From: Tortispora ganteri
Lineage: Eukaryota
Direction of reading: 5' to 3'
Length of the DNA stretch: 20,042 nt
Assembly (NCBI GenBank): GCA_003707115.1
Contig: PPNB01000004.1
Span: 558,001 to 578,042, forward strand
Program-made: the position numbers and the translations under genes
Notes under the pieces: model-generated
What the model saw: the letters and a program-made list of their open reading frames with translations, nothing else
What the model was told of the DNA's origin: nothing
Databases searched by the model: none
Part shown: positions 19,273 through 20,042 of the stretch, piece by piece
Position numbering within the stretch: position 1 is the first letter of the stretch
Layout of the letters: each line of letters starts with the position of its first letter

Positions 19273-19547
19273 TAACTCGAATATGGATATACACTGATAT
19301 ATATCCACAGTCTAAAGCAGCTGTCAATAACTTGACGCGATAATTCTAAAAGCAAGTTGATCCTAGATGGAGAAAGGAAGGTCACATGTTCAGGTATTGT
19401 GCGATCTTTGATATTACTCCCACGCGTTGCAGGTCGGCAATGCGTTTCAAAACACCATGGTTTGCCTCGATACGTCAAGGATAGCAAATTTGCTCCTCTT
19501 CAGCAGATAGGCAGCGGTACAAGATTTGATGGTAGAGCCAATTGATG

Positions 19548-20039
19548 TCATGCGAACCCATGCACTCTCCCAATTCAATCACCAATGTCATCTGAGACGA
19601 TCAATCCCACCCAGAACACTGGGTGATCGGAAAAGCTTGAGTTGTTGCCTCCAGAACACCTGCCATTGCTAAGCAAGAAAGGAGTCGCAAGACTCCGCTT
19701 CGTTGCGGTTCGCATGAACTGGCGTTTTCCCAGAGTAGGTCAAGTGTGGTGTGTTGCGTTTTGGGACGGTTTCGGCCGTCCGTGATCTGCGCAAAGATTC
19801 GTCTGCCCGGCGCTTAATATGATCGACTAACGCCCAGTAAGCGTTGCGAATCCTTAAATAGTCATGTATGTGACACCCGGCCCGCTGCCTTGAGTTTTTC
19901 ACTCCGTTCGAGTGTCCCATATAGTGGCCCCGGATCATCGAGGCTGCTTGTTCCGCCAAGTTTCTCGATGATGTTTCGGGTATATGGCATTACCCACGAT
20001 TCGAGGTCTTCTGACTATCTATATCATATATTTGGGTTC
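19548..20039 (+). ncRNA. Unassigned highly structured RNA candidate (~490 nt)
   Basis: GC-rich island with at least eight helices, including GGAGTC-GCAA-GACTCC (19681-19696), GGACGGT-TTCG-GCCGTCC (19764-19781) and ATCATCGAG/CTCGATGAT (19934-19942/19964-19972). Closing helices 19584-19591/19984-19991 and 19554-19560/20033-20039. Confidence 0.55.
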
Positions 20040-20042
20040 TAT

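Noticed and set aside
18901..19545. Short ORFs of 62-90 aa upstream of REG1
   Set aside because: Mostly GTG/TTG starts and no recognisable protein features.
19584..19640. Hammerhead-like CUGAGA-stem-GAAA
   Set aside because: The core lacks N7 (CUGANGA), and no UH cleavage site adjoins the stem I partner.
19720..19760. U2 snRNA-like GTCAAGTGTGGTG, and TLC1-like ACACACCACAC on the minus strand
   Set aside because: The invariant GUAGUA branch-recognition sequence is absent, and structural cues favour the + strand over the minus strand.
19721..19865. Group I intron core (GACTA/TAGTC P7, GGCGTT/AACGCC P3)
   Set aside because: J6/7, P8 and J8/7 lengths and P4 do not fit, and the context is not rDNA.
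19669..19959. 96-aa minus-strand ORF
   Set aside because: TTG start and no recognisable motif. It is better explained as a by-product of the GC-rich structured region.
19885..20008. Degenerate LSU rDNA fragment on the minus strand
   Set aside because: Only scattered 5-11 nt patches resemble 25S, with no continuous alignment.
19584..20010. RNase P/MRP RNA (P2-P3-GGAAA topology)
   Set aside because: GGAAAAGC lacks the invariant bulged U of CR-I and no proper CR-V (ACNNRANNNNGNNUA) is present. GGAAGGTC at 19376 also has no CR-V partner.

Overview
Gene-dense, intron-poor fungal nuclear DNA, most likely an early-diverging budding yeast; CTG is read as Leu in conserved motifs, so it is not a CUG-Ser clade. 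Coding content, left to right: GIR2 (partial, -), a hypothetical protein, NNR2-like NAD(P)HX dehydratase, CDD1, BNA7-like kynurenine formamidase, PEP1/VPS10, a tail-anchored coiled-coil protein, CGR1, a divergent F-box protein and REG1. Three things are not explained by the ORF track. (1) The 'intergenic' 9.72-10.5 kb folds on the + strand into an architecture resembling a telomerase RNA: core-enclosing helix, long hairpin abutting a C-rich template-like ATAACCCTTATA, U-rich/A-rich pseudoknot-like segment, long arm and three-way junction. (2) 14.0-15.9 kb is a full-length, heavily decayed tandem pseudogene of the F-box gene. (3) 19.55-20.04 kb is a GC-rich, densely base-paired + strand RNA candidate with GNRA and UUCG tetraloops that I cannot assign to a known family. 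All RNA structures were found by eye and are unvalidated.
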